A stretch of 64,000 bases of DNA, from positions 3,906,001 to 3,970,000 of the forward strand of contig OZ024751.1 in the NCBI GenBank assembly GCA_964016885.1, read 5' to 3'. The notes beneath the pieces are model-generated. The model was not told the DNA's origin. It was given only the letters and a program-made list of their open reading frames with translations, and ran no database searches. The stretch comes from Eledone cirrhosa (taxonomy: Eukaryota). Position 1 is the stretch's first letter. The number at the start of each line of letters is the position of its first letter. A program made the position numbers and the translations under genes. Below, one piece after another: positions 35,501 through 47,935 of this stretch.

Positions 35501-36854
35501 GTCGTTTCCCACCCAGAAAAGCTTATAACATCGTTTTTTACCCTCAATGAATCTAGCAGACCCACCCCTCCACCTGGTCTCTTGAATACAACATCGACCT
35601 CCTTACGTTCAAGCATTTCTACAACCTCGTTAGCGCGACCCTTTAGGGTGCCTACATTTATGGTACCAACTCTGAAGTTTTGGATTGCGTTTGGGGGTTG
35701 GGGGCGGTGGGGGGCGGGGGGCGATGGGGTTATGTTAGCCGTCCGCGGTCGAAACAATGAGGAGTGCTCGCATTCTCGTCCACGAGGTGAATTTGTCTTT
35801 ATCTTTATCTTTGGCATTGTCGCTGAGCGTCCAGATTTTTCTCTCTCTCCTCCACTCTCCAGGATTCCGCAGTCCATCCATCCATCATATATCGAAAGGC
35901 AACCAGGCAAGCGATAGTATAGGCCTCTGGCTTATGATTGGTCCGCGTAATAATAATACTGGTGATGCGTGGGGGCTCTGGCTTATGATTGGTCCACGTA
36001 ATAGCAATGGTGGTGCGTGGGGGCGGGAGGGAGGGGTGTTGGGTAGCTAGATAGAAGGTAATGATTGAATGGGGTCCTTGCATTTAACAAGCGATTAACA
36101 AAAACACAAAATTTGTTCTGTTCAATACGACAAAAACTTTCGTATCTAACAATTAACGAATACAAAAAATGTAGATTGTTTTAGCAATAGATTGGCTATT
36201 TGGACTTGATACGAAATATGGAGTGTGGAGGTAGAGATGAAGAAAAATATGTACATTACGTTACATGAATATCGTGGGATAGACAGCAATGCAATGAAAT
36301 TTGGCGAAGTGAATTTCTATCATATATATATATATATAGAGAGAGAGAGAGCTAAGAGAGAGAGAGAGGGGGGGTTGGCCGCATGATGTGTGTGTATTGG
36401 GCGGTTGACCGCCATGCCCTCGCGAAGTAGAGGGAAGGGGGGGGGGGGGGGTCGAGGAAGCGGGAGTTTAGAGTTTCGAAAGAAGGAAGAAGGAAAAGGA
36501 TTTTGTTTTTTGTTTTGAAAATACGCTAGAATTAGGAATTGAGGTTTGAAAATACGCTAGGAATTAAGGTTTGAAAATACGCTAGATTAAGAATTAAGGA
36601 ATTTATAAGAAGAAGAGATAGAAGGTAATGATTGAATGGGGTCCTTGCATTTAACAAGCGATTAACAAAAATACAAAATTTGTTCTGTTCAATACGACAA
36701 AAACTTTCGTATCTAACAATTAATGAATACAAAAAATGTAGATTGTTTTAGCAATAGATTGGCTATTTGGACTTGATACGAAATATGGAGTGTGGAGGTA
36801 GAGATGAAGAAAAATATGTACATTACGTTACATGAATATCGTGGGGTAGACAGC
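32540..36854 (-). mobile_element. Apparently full-length RTE-clade LINE
   Basis: ~1 kb 5' region, APE-RT ORF, ~90-nt 3' UTR ending CAAGCGTGGAACACGGACGTTAAACGTT(GAT)n. Confidence 0.92.
32645..35814 (-). CDS. RTE ORF: AP endonuclease + reverse transcriptase + PHD-like zinc finger; one frameshift near 35590
   Basis: GTINVGTL, then (frameshift) CIQETRW, SAYAPQ, GDLNGHVG, SQVDYIL, TSQHRL; RT FVDLEKAFD, GVHQGSVLSPLLF, LYADD; 955 aa uninterrupted. Start codon uncertain. Confidence 0.9.
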
Positions 36855-37460
36855 GTACAGTGTAGTATAGTACAGTATAGTATATCATAGTAGGGTACAA
36901 TATAGTATACTATAGTATTGTATAGTATATATAGTCCAGTCCAGTACAGTATAGTATAGAGTATAGTACAGCATAGTACAGTATAGTACAGTACAGTATA
37001 GCATCAGTCAGTATAGTATAGTACAGTAAAGTGTACTATTGTACAGTACAGTATAGTACACTATAGTACAGTCCAGTACAGTAGAGTATAGTAAAGTATA
37101 GTACAATATAGTATAGTGTAATATAGTACAGTACAATATAGTATAGTATAATGTTGTGTAGTGTAGTACCATATAGTATAGAATAGCATAGTATAGTATA
37201 GTTCAGTACAGTAGAGTATAGCATATTAGAGTATATTATAGTATAGTATAGTACAATATAGTATAGTATAGTATAGAAAAGAATAGTACAGTACAGTACA
37301 GTATAGTGTAGTACAGTACTGTATAGTTCAGTATAGTAAAGCATAGTATAATAGAGTATAGTATGGTGTAGTGCAGTACAGAATAGTATAGTATAATGCA
37401 GTACAGTCTAGTATATTAAATGTATAAAGTGTAGTACGCGATAGTACAGTACAGTATATT
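36855..37460 (+). repeat. (TAGTA/CAGTA)n satellite block 2
   Basis: Directly visible. Confidence 0.95.
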
Positions 37461-37928
37461 ATTTATATATCTAAAACAGAGAATGTCTGTCTGTCTGTCA
37501 GCTCACTAAAACTCGAAAACCACACAACCGATTGTTTTCAAGCTTTATACATGTAATACTTATGGTCCTGTGAGTGTTTTTGGAAAAAGATATTTCAAAT
37601 TTTCCATGCCCTAGGGACCGCATTAGGCGATTTAGCGATCTCGCTCTATAATTCTTAGTCTTTCTCTTTTTAGATAGATACATAGATATAATGTTGCACC
37701 CTTATAATATATGTCTGTATGTTCTTGTGACGTCGCTATATTGTGTGTGTGTATATGTATATATAGTGTGCGTGTATATATACATATATAGTGTGTAACG
37801 TTTTTCGAAATATTTACTTCTGCGTTTACAGATTGATTTTTTCAGTTTCAGAAGATCCCGTTAAGGGTGAGAGCAGCAATTCTTTGCTTAAACTTTAATC
37901 TGTTATTTTAATATATATATATATATAG

Positions 37929-38042
37929 AGAAGTGGTTACACAACAGTTAGTACACCATACCAAGAACAATTGTTTCACCTTAGCGGATCGGTGAAACAA
38001 TTGTTCTCGGTATGGTGAACTAACTGTTGTGTGACCACTTCT
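37929..38042. repeat. Hairpin with 52-bp arms (3 mismatches) and 10-nt loop
   Basis: Arms 37929-37980 and 37991-38042 compared base by base. Confidence 0.92.
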
Positions 38043-38130
38043 ACCTAACTCGTCCCATGGACTGAGTGCTCTACCACTAAGGATATTACCTTCCAGTGTT
38101 CTACCACTATATATATATATATATATATAT

Positions 38131-39103
38131 ATCATCATCATCATCATCATCATCATCATTTAACATCCATCTTCCACGCTTGCATGGGTTTGGACGGGAG
38201 TTTTCCCACTTGAGGCAAGATTGGTTGTCCTGCTCGTATAGGACTGTCTGGCGGGTTTTCTATGGCTGGATGCCCTTCCTAACACCAACCACGTTTAAAG
38301 TGTGGACTGGGAGGTTTTTACCGTGTTACCTACATGGTCACATTACACCGTGGACTGCGTGTTTTTTTGTCGTGACAGCTACACATCTGGCAGGTTTTCT
38401 ACGGCTGGGTGCCCTTCCCAACACCAACCACGTTTACAGTGTGGACTGGGAGGTTTTTACCGTGTTACCTACACGGCCACATTACAGCGTGGACTGTGTG
38501 TTTTTTTTTTGTCGTGACACCTACACGACCTCATTTGTTTCGGACTGGATGTTGTGGTACCAACATAACTTCACATTTAAGGGGTGGTGTGGATGGGGTG
38601 AGGGTAGCGGGACGGGGGTGTATTTTGTTAGAGTGCCTACTGACTGTAGGTTTCGCTTTGTACTTAGGCAAGGCGGGTCTTCTGTATAACTGTGTAGCGC
38701 CAAAGATCTCAGTCCAGTGACATTGTCTTGGAGAGGTGTAAGTGTGTGAGGTCGGAATTTATCAAGTCGTCCCAGGTTTTTCTGGGTCTGCCTACTCCGT
38801 GGCTACCGTCTATTTTTATCGCCCTGCACTTTTTTATACAGCTGTCGTCTTTCATGCGCATCACGTGACCGTACCAACGTAGTAAACAACATCTGATCCC
38901 TCTTATTCCTAATTTCTCCCTTGGTTCGTTTATGCTTTGCCATTCACGTATATTACTATTACACATCCAGCGGAGCATGCAAGCTTCATTTCTCTCCAGT
39001 CTGCGTATATCCTCTGCACACAATGCCCAGGTCTCACTGCCATGTAACATTGCTGTTCGTATGCAGGCATCATACAGCCTGCCTTTCATTTTTAGAGAGA
39101 ACC
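38131..39103 (-). mobile_element. 5'-truncated RTE LINE with long repeat-containing 3' UTR
   Basis: MKGRLYDACIRTAMLHGSETW... nearly identical to the end of the 32645 ORF; (GAT)n tail. Confidence 0.9.
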
Positions 39104-39116
39104 CTATATATATATA

Positions 39117-39778
39117 TTCAAATGCAAGAGGGCGCTATAGAAGTGGTGGATAGTTTCCGGTACCTAGGAGATCAGATTAGCATGGGAGGAGGGTGTTCCG
39201 AGGCCATAGTATCTAGAATAAGGACAGGTTGGAAGAAGTTTAGGGAGCTGCTTCCTCTGTTGACGAAGAAGGGTTTCTCCCTGCGTACGAAAGGCCGGTT
39301 GTATGATGCCTGTGTGAGGAGCGCGATGCTGCATGGTAGTGAGACATGGGCAGCAACTGCAGAGGATATGCGACGGCTGGAGAGAAATGAGGCAAGCATG
39401 CTCCGTTGGATGTGCAGTGTAAATGTGCATGAACGACCCAGCATAAATGTGTTGAGAGAGAAACTGTGTCTGAGAGGGATAGAATGTAGTGTACGGGAGA
39501 GGAGACTGAGGTGGTATGGGCATGTGATGCGCATGGAGGATGACCGATGGGTGAAGAAGTGCCAGGAAATGCCAGTTGAAGGAAGACGTGGTAGAGGTAG
39601 ACCACGAAAAGCATGGGCGGAGGTGGTGAGAACAGACCTCAGATCATTGAAGCTCACGGTGGAGATGACGAGAGACCGTGACGAGTGGAGAGATGCTGTG
39701 CTGAATAAGACCCGTCCCACTCTTGCAAGCAGGGAAAAGCGGACGTAAAATGATGATGATGATGATGATAATGATGAT
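39117..39778 (+). mobile_element. 5'-truncated RTE LINE, second subfamily, open frame to stop
   Basis: VVDSFRYLGD...LHGSETW...RRLRWYGHVMR...GRPRK; (GAT)n tail. Confidence 0.9.
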
Positions 39779-39780
39779 AT

Positions 39781-39823
<43 letters not shown>

Positions 39824-40225
39824 TATATTCATGTACAGATATTTTTGCATACACAATAACAAAATATAAACAAACGTATTTATTTCACGAGGCTCAATAA
39901 GGATAAATATATATCAAATATATAAGAACCCTAGAGCAAATCCCGAGCAACGCCGGGGCATTCTGCTAGTACTATACTATAATGCAGTACAGTAGAATAT
40001 AGTATATTATATTATAGTATAATATAGTATAGAATAGTACAATGAAGCATACTATAGTATAGTGCGGTATAGCAGAGTATAGTATTGTACAGTATAGTAG
40101 AGTATAGTATTATACAGTATAGCATAGTACATTATAGTACAGTATGGTATAGCATAGCATAGTATAGTATATTAAAGTATAGTATAGTAGAGTACAGTAT
40201 AGTATTGTACAGTATAGTATTGTTA

Positions 40226-41107
40226 AATAATGAAATTATTGTGTAGTGCTCAGGTGCACTACAACTCGTCAAAGGTGCATGTATAGTACATAGAATAATA
40301 TACAGATGTCAGGGAAGTGAATAGTGTATGAGTCATGATACACATGTGTGCATGTGTATGGAGGGAGAATATTAGGTGGAGTCTTGGCGAATCTCAGGAA
40401 GTATGGAGGTTTTAAAGGATGCAGTGTTTCGACAGCTAACAACTGATGCAGGTAGTTTGTTCCATGCTTCAGCAACTCTGAGCATGAAAAAATGTTTCCG
40501 AAAGTCATGGGAGCTGTGCTGTTTTCTGACTTTGTGGGCATGCCCACATGTGTTAGACACATGGAAATCAAAAAGGTACTCAGGGTTGTTGTTGGCAAGA
40601 AGGTTAGTAATTTTGTGGGTGTTTACCAAGTCAGTTGCCAGACGGAGCTTCAATGTATCCATGCCCAGGGAAGCAAGGCGTTCAGAGTATGGTAGATGCC
40701 TGATGAAGGGTATTTGCTTGGTTGCACGTCTCTGAACAGTTTCCAGGAGATCAATGTTCTGAGCAAGATAGGGGTTCCAGACTGGTGATGCAAATTCTAA
40801 GTGTGGCCGCACCATAGCTATGTACAGCTTTAAATAGATAGCTGGAGAGCGGCTGACAAAAGTCTTGCTGAGTGATGCTAAGACACCCTCGGCCTTCTTG
40901 ACAATTTTAGAGACGTGTTTCATCCAACGCAAATCGCTGCTGACCGTGATGCCCAGGTCACGTTCACAAGAAGACTTCTTGATATTAATGTTGTGGAGGG
41001 AGTATGTGGACACTGGGTTTTTACTCCCAAAATACATGGTGGTACACTTGTCCACAGCTACCTTGAGTTGCCAGTATGTGATCCATTGTTGTATTGTGTC
41101 CAGGTCA
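40226..41107 (-). mobile_element. 5'-truncated CR1/L2-group LINE 3' end
   Basis: ERDLGITVSSDLRW...VRPHLEFASPVWNPY...LETVQRRATK...WNKLP; 3' UTR also present at 56485-56750. Confidence 0.88.
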
Positions 41108-41190
41108 GTTAAGTATAGTAGAGTACATTATAGTATAGTACAGTATAGTATAGTACTATATACAATAGTACAGTATAGTATAGAACAGTA

Positions 41191-44100
41191 TAAAAAAGAA
41201 AAGGAAGAAAGCACAAGCACGGACCTGAAAGAAAATGAGATACCCGCCGCCACAGTCAGGGAAGGCAGGCCGGGCAACCAACAGGCAAAAGGTAAAGGTG
41301 AGAAGCGAAATCACCTTCCGAAAGCAAACCAAGCAGAGAGGGACCAGTGGACAACTGTTCAAAGAAAGAGCAGAAGGCGCCGAGACACTGGGAGCAAGAA
41401 AACCCAGGTAACATGCAAGTTCTTCAGGAACGGGACCTGCTGAAATGGAGATACAGGGACAGGCTGTAGATTTGCTCACCCCAGGCCCCAAGCGAACTAT
41501 CCCAACCTACTCACACAACATGCCCCAGCCAAAACCAGAACTGATGCAAGCTGCCCCAGAAGTATGTTGATGTCGCACGTGCCGCTCCTACAAGGAGAAG
41601 GAACGCATACAGATGGCGGCTGCAGAGCAAACAATTTTTAGTGATGGCAGAGAAGATTGTGGGACAGCTGACCTGGCTGCATCGTTTTCAGAGCCAGGGT
41701 CACTCACACCAGCACTCGAGACCACCACAATTAAGGGACCCAGGGTGGCCGCCGCTGACACCAGGCCAGGTGTCACAGCGACAGCCATTGCTGACAACCC
41801 AACTGTCACACCAGTGCTGCTGCTGAATATCAGATTCCTGGTGAAACTCACTAACATGAGTAAAATTTCCTACCTGGGAGACTTAGCCATAAGCAATCAA
41901 GCATTATGCATGGCACTAACCGAAACACACCTGACAAGCAGTATAGCAGATGCGGAAATACATATACCAAAATATACTGTATTTTGTTCAGACAGGAAGA
42001 AGAGAACTCATGGTGGGGTTGCTCTGTATATCCGTGAAGATGTCACACCAACTGTACTGTTGACACATTCAAACTCAATCTATGACACACTGATAGTACA
42101 TATGAAGCAACTAAAGACAGTAATATGTGTCACACATCAGCCACCTGATGCCCCCAGTCATGAGGGTAAATTTGAGGATAGCCTCAGTAGGATAGAAGAG
42201 GTCCTTGACAAACTGGACCAAGGTCTCAACATTCTACTGCTGGGAGACTTGAACCCGCCAAAGGTCAAATGGCCTGAGGGCCACCTCCTCCCTGGAATGA
42301 CATCACTAGAACAGAGACAGACGGAGTCTCTGCTGGCCCTCACACACAGACTGTTCATGGAACAAACCGTACTCCTCCCAACAAGAGGCGAGAATGTCCT
42401 AGATCTCTGCTTTACTAACAACGAAGTGCTCATCCACAATGTAAAGGTGACACCAACAATTTTCTCAGATCATAACTTAGTAGAACTAATGATATATGGT
42501 CCGAGAGAATCAACAGAGACACAACCATCAAGAAGCACCAGGACGTTATACAGCCTTAACTTCTACAAGGCTAACTGGAAAAAGATCAAGAGAGAAATCC
42601 AGAAGCAAACATGGAGCGACAACATCGCCACACAAGACACCAACACATATTTTCAACACTTCATGACAACAATACACACTATATGCAAAAGGTTTGTCCC
42701 GGAGAAAAAGGCCAACAGACACAAAAATCTTATTCCCAGAGATAGGAAAATCCTTATGAGACATAGAACCAAGCTCTCAAACCAGTTGAATGTACAACAA
42801 GAAAATAAGAACAAGAAGGAACTCTATTTGAAACGTGCACTACTTGACACCGAGATTGCACTCAAACTTTCTCATGAAAATGAGAGGGCAAAGAAAGAAA
42901 GCAAGGCCATAGAAAATATTAAAACAAACCCTAAGGCCTTCTTTAAATTTGCAAAAGAAACTGCCTCGGTACACTGCAACATTGGGCCACTCTTCCATAC
43001 AGACAGTTCATTAACCGAGAATCCCCAAGAGATATGTGAAATACTGAACGAACAGTACAAAAGTGTATTCACATGTCCACTGAGGCACATGCAAATAACA
43101 AAGCCAGAGGATTTTTTTGATGCCACAACACTACATGAAGAAATGGCGACCATCAACCACATAGACATAACGGAGGATGTGGTATACGCCATAGATGAAA
43201 TTAGAACAGACTCAGCTGCTGGACCTGATAGATTCCCAGCAGTCCTCTTAAAAATATGTAAGCGGGCCTTAGCAACTCCACTGACAACGATCTTCAGAAG
43301 CTCCTTGGCTAGCGGTAGACTACCCAGGGAGCTGAAAGAAGGCAGAATATGCCCTATCCATAAAGGAGGTAGCAGAGCAGAGGCCAAAAACTATAGGCCA
43401 GTCTCCGATGTCACATATCAGTAAGGTCATGGAACGAATCATCAGAAAGAAACTGATCCCTTTCCTTGAGGAAAATGACCGCCTGACTAGCACGCAGCAT
43501 GGCTTTCGCCCATGAAGCTGCCTTACACAGCTGCTACATCACTATGACTGGGTACTGAAACAACTGCTAGACAGCTCACATGTGGACGTGATATATCTTG
43601 ACTTTGCGAAGGTCGACCACGGAATGATATGTCACAAACTACATGGACTCGGCATAGCTGGAAAAGTAGGTGAGTGGCTGCATGACTTCTTAAAGGACAG
43701 AAGCCAGACAGTTGCAGCAAACGGGGCTCTCTCAAAGGAAACATTAATAACAAGTGGGGTGCCCCAATGCACAGTCCTGGGACCACTACTGTTTTTGGTG
43801 GCTCTGTAGTACATACAACATCCCTCACTAGCTATGCTGATGACACTAAGGTAGCACAGGCAATCAAAAACCAGGCTGCTGCTGCTGCCCTTTTACAACA
43901 AGATCTGGATGCCATATACAAATGGACAGAAGACAACAACATGCAGTTTAATGCTGGCAAATTTCAAGCCCTACAATACAAACCTGGTATAGACCTGGGT
44001 ATAGACATGAGCAACGATGCATCTTTTTCCTCACACATCATGAAAGTGGTGACAATGTGCAGACGACTCGCTGGCTGGATCTTTCCAGACAAGAGACCGA

Positions 44101-44712
44101 GATACCATGTTGACACTATGGAGGACATTTGTCCTAAGCCGCCTGGACTATGGCTCCCAGTTGTGGTCACCCATAGTGTCTAACTAACCACGGAGATTGA
44201 GGCAATCCAGCGAAGCTACACCAAGAGGATTGCGACTATGAAGGAGATAAGCTACTGGGAGAGGCTAAAAAGACTAAACCTCTACTCCTTGGAACGAAGA
44301 CGGGAGAGATACGCAGCGATCTACATGTGGAAAATCCTGGAGGGACTAGCACCAAACTTTGGCAATGGGAGCTGGACCAACCGCCGAACAGGACGTCACT
44401 GTGTGGTGCCAAAGGTCCCGTCTTCCACATCTAGAATAAAGAGCGTGGGGTTCAATGCCCTCAACTCTTCAACAAGCTGCCGGGGGATCTGAGAGATCTG
44501 CACGGTGTGAACGTGGATGTTTTCAAGAAACATCTCAACACCTTGATTAGCCCACTGCAAGGCACGAGGGAAACCTAAGGGCAGCAGCAACGAACTCCCT
44601 CTTGCACCAGTGGCCAACCTATACAGGCAGGAGATAAAATGTGTAGCAACAAGGGCAGTGCCCCAGCATGGCCTCAGTCGGATGGCTGGAACAGGTAAAA
44701 GAGTAAAAGAGT
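41191..44712 (+). mobile_element. Decayed CR1/L2-group LINE: CCCH zinc-finger remnant + APE + RT
   Basis: CKFFRNGTC*NGDTGTGCRFAHP; LTETHL, GGVALYI, LLGDLN, LDLCF, SDHNL; DVIYLDFAK, GVPQCTVLGPLLF, YADD; LYSLERRRERY; (TAAAAGAG) tail; several stops and frameshifts. Confidence 0.88.
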
Positions 44713-47700
44713 ATAGTATAGGAGAGCATAGTATAATATAGTATATTACAGTATAGTATAGTATAGTACAGTATAATATGATACAGTATAGTATAGAATA
44801 GTACACTATAGTACAGTATAATATAGTATAGTATAGTACAGTATAGTGTAGTAAAGCATAGTATAATAGAGTATAGTATAGTACAATATAGTATAGTATA
44901 GTGCAGTATAGTATATACTATAGTACATCATAGTACAGTAAAGTTTAGTATAGTATAGTACAGTATAGTATTGTACAGTATAGTAGAGTATAGTATAGTA
45001 TAGTATAGTACAGTACATTATATTAAGTATAGTACAGAAAAGTATGCCACAGTATAGTATAGTATAGTATAGTATAGTATAGGACAGTATAGTAGAGAAT
45101 AGTATAGGATAATATAGTATAGTACAGTATAGTATAGCTGAGTATAGTATGGTACATTACAGTATGGTAAATACAGCAAAGTATAGTATAGCATAGGGCA
45201 GTACAGTATAGTATAGTTTAATACAGTATATTATAGCATAGTGCAGTATAGTACATTGTAATACATTATAGTATATTATAGTAAAGTATAGTATAGTATA
45301 GTATAGCATATTATAGTAATATCAAGTATAGAATAGTACAATGAAGTGTAGTATAATATAGTACAGTATAGTATATCAAAGTTTATTAGAGTAAAGTATA
45401 GTACAGTATATTATAGTACAGTATAATACAGTATAGTATAGTACAGTACAGCATAGTATAGTATAGTACATTAGAGTACATTATAGTATAGTATAGTACA
45501 GTATAGAATAGAACAGGACAGTATACTTCAGTAATATTACTACTATAATATACTATACTGTACTATACTACAGTATAGTACAGTATAGTATATTATAGTA
45601 TAGCATAGTAAAGTATAGGATAGTACAGTAGAGTACAGCATCATATAGCACAGTATAGTATAGTACAGTACAGTATAGTATAGTACAGTATAGTACAGTA
45701 TAGTAAACTATGTATAGTATAGTATAGTAAACTATGTATAGTATAGTACAGTACAGCATAGTATAGTACAGTATAGTACAATATAGTATAGTACAGTATA
45801 GTGTAGTATAGTACAGTATAGTTCAGTACAGTATAGTACAATAAAGTATAGTACAGTATAGTAAGGTACAGGACAGTATAGTATAATATACTACAGTACA
45901 GCATAGTACAGTATAGTATAGTGCAGTAAAGTGTTGTATAGTATAGTATAGTACAGTATAGTACAATATAGTATGGCACAGTATAGGATAGTACAGTATA
46001 CTATAGCAGAGTATACTATAGTGCAGTATAGTAAAGCATAGTATAATATAGAATAGTATAGTATAGTAGAGTGAAGTATAAAAAAATACAGTATAGTATA
46101 GTAGAGTATAATATAGTATAGTATAATGTTGTACAGTGTAGTATAGTATAGTATAGTACAGTATAATATAGTACAGTATAGTATAGAATAGTGTAGTATA
46201 TATAGTATAGTAGTGTATAGTATAGTATATTATAGTACATTATAGTATAGTGCAGTAGAGTATAGTATAATATAGTACAGTACAGTAAAGCATAGTATAG
46301 TACAGTACAGTATAATACAGTATAGTATAATGCAGTGTAATATAATATAGTACAGTATAGTATAGTAAGTATAGTATAGTACAGTACAGTATAGTATAGC
46401 AGAGTATAGTATAATACAGTACAGTATACTACAGTATAGTAGAGCATAGTATAATATAGTATAGTACAGTGTCGTATAAAATAGCAGAGTATAGTACATT
46501 ATAGTATAGTATGGTAGAGTATAATATAGTATAGTATAGTATAATGTAGTACACTGTAGCATAGTACCGTATAGTATATATGTGTATAGTATATATAGTA
46601 TAGTATAATAAAGTATAATAGAGTACAATACAATATAGTACAGTACAGCATAATATAGTATAATATAGTATTGTACAGTATACTATAATATAGTACAGTA
46701 CAGTAAACATAGTATAATACAGTATTGTATAGAACAGAATCGGAGAGTATAGTATTCTATAGTATAGTACAGTATAGTATATTACAGTACAGCATAGTAT
46801 AGCAAATATAGTATAGTACAGTATAGTATAGTACAGCAGAGTACAGTATAGTATAGTACAGCAGAGTACAGCATAGTATAGTACAGTATAGTACAGCAGA
46901 GTACAGCATAGTATAGTACAGTATAGTACAGTATAGTATAGAATAGTGTAGTATTGTACAGTATAGTTCAGTACAGTATAGTATAGTACAATATAGTATG
47001 GTACAGGACAATATAGTATAGTACAGTATAGTATAGTACAGTATTGTACAGTATAGTACAGTACAGTATAGTAAAGTATAGTATAATATAGTACAGTACA
47101 GTAAAGCATAGTATAGTACAGTACAGTATAATACAGTATAGTATGATGCAGTATACTATAGTATTGTACAGTATAGTATAGTACAGTACAGTATAGTATA
47201 CTAAGTATAGTATAGTATAGTACAGTACAGTATAGTATAGCGGAGTATAGTATAATACAGTACAGTATACTACAGTATAATAGAGCATAGTATAATATAG
47301 TATAGTACAGTGTTGTATAAAATAGTACAGTATAGTATAGTACAGGACAGCATAGTATAATATAGTACAGTTCAGTATAGTATAGTATAGTACAGTAAAG
47401 TAGTGTGTAGTACAGTACAGTATATAGTATAGCACTGTATAGTATAGTATAGTACAATACACTATAATAGAGTACAATATAGTTCAGTATAGCATAGTAT
47501 TGTACAGTACCGTACAGTATAGTATACTATAGTGCCGTGAGGGTAGGATATAGTATAGCAGAGTATAGTAGAGTATATTATAGTACAGTATAGCATAGTA
47601 CTGTACAGTGTAGTATAGTATAGTAGAGCACAGTATAGTACAGTATAGTACTGTATAGTAAAGCACAGTACAGTATAGTACAGTATAGTATAGCAGAGTA

Positions 47701-47750
47701 TAGTACAGTACAGTATAGAAGGGTACAGCATAGTATTATATAGTATATTA

Positions 47751-47935
47751 TAATTGTTTCTACTTTTGGCACAAGGCCAGCAATCACCCAGTGTATTACT
47801 GGTACTTTATTTTATCGACCCCGTAAGGATGAAAGGCAAAGTTAACCTCGGCGGTATTTGAACTGAGAATGGCAAGGGACGTAACTCTACGTGTCAAAGC
47901 ATGGCGTCCGACCCTCTACCGATACTGCCAATACT
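47751..47935 (-). mobile_element. Near full-length tRNA-derived SINE family 1
   Basis: A-box-like TGGCAGTATCGG, B-box-like GTTCAAATAC, conserved body CTTTGCCTTTCATCCTTACGGGGTCGATAAAATAAAGTACCAG. Confidence 0.85.

Larger units (their letters stand above)
37462..39969 (+). mobile_element. Non-autonomous Helitron (same family as 49845-50560) expanded by nested insertions in its (TA)n tract
   Basis: 37462-37910 and 39790-39969 are near-identical to the reverse complement of 49845-50560; CCCGAGCAACGCCGGG plus CTAG end. Confidence 0.9.

Noticed and set aside
38131-39778. Twin-priming inversion of a single LINE
   Set aside because: The two halves overlap in ORF position, belong to different subfamilies and each has its own tail
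47880-47935. tRNA gene (also heads near 52920 and 59930)
   Set aside because: A/B-box-like heads continue into SINE bodies and no cloverleaf can be folded
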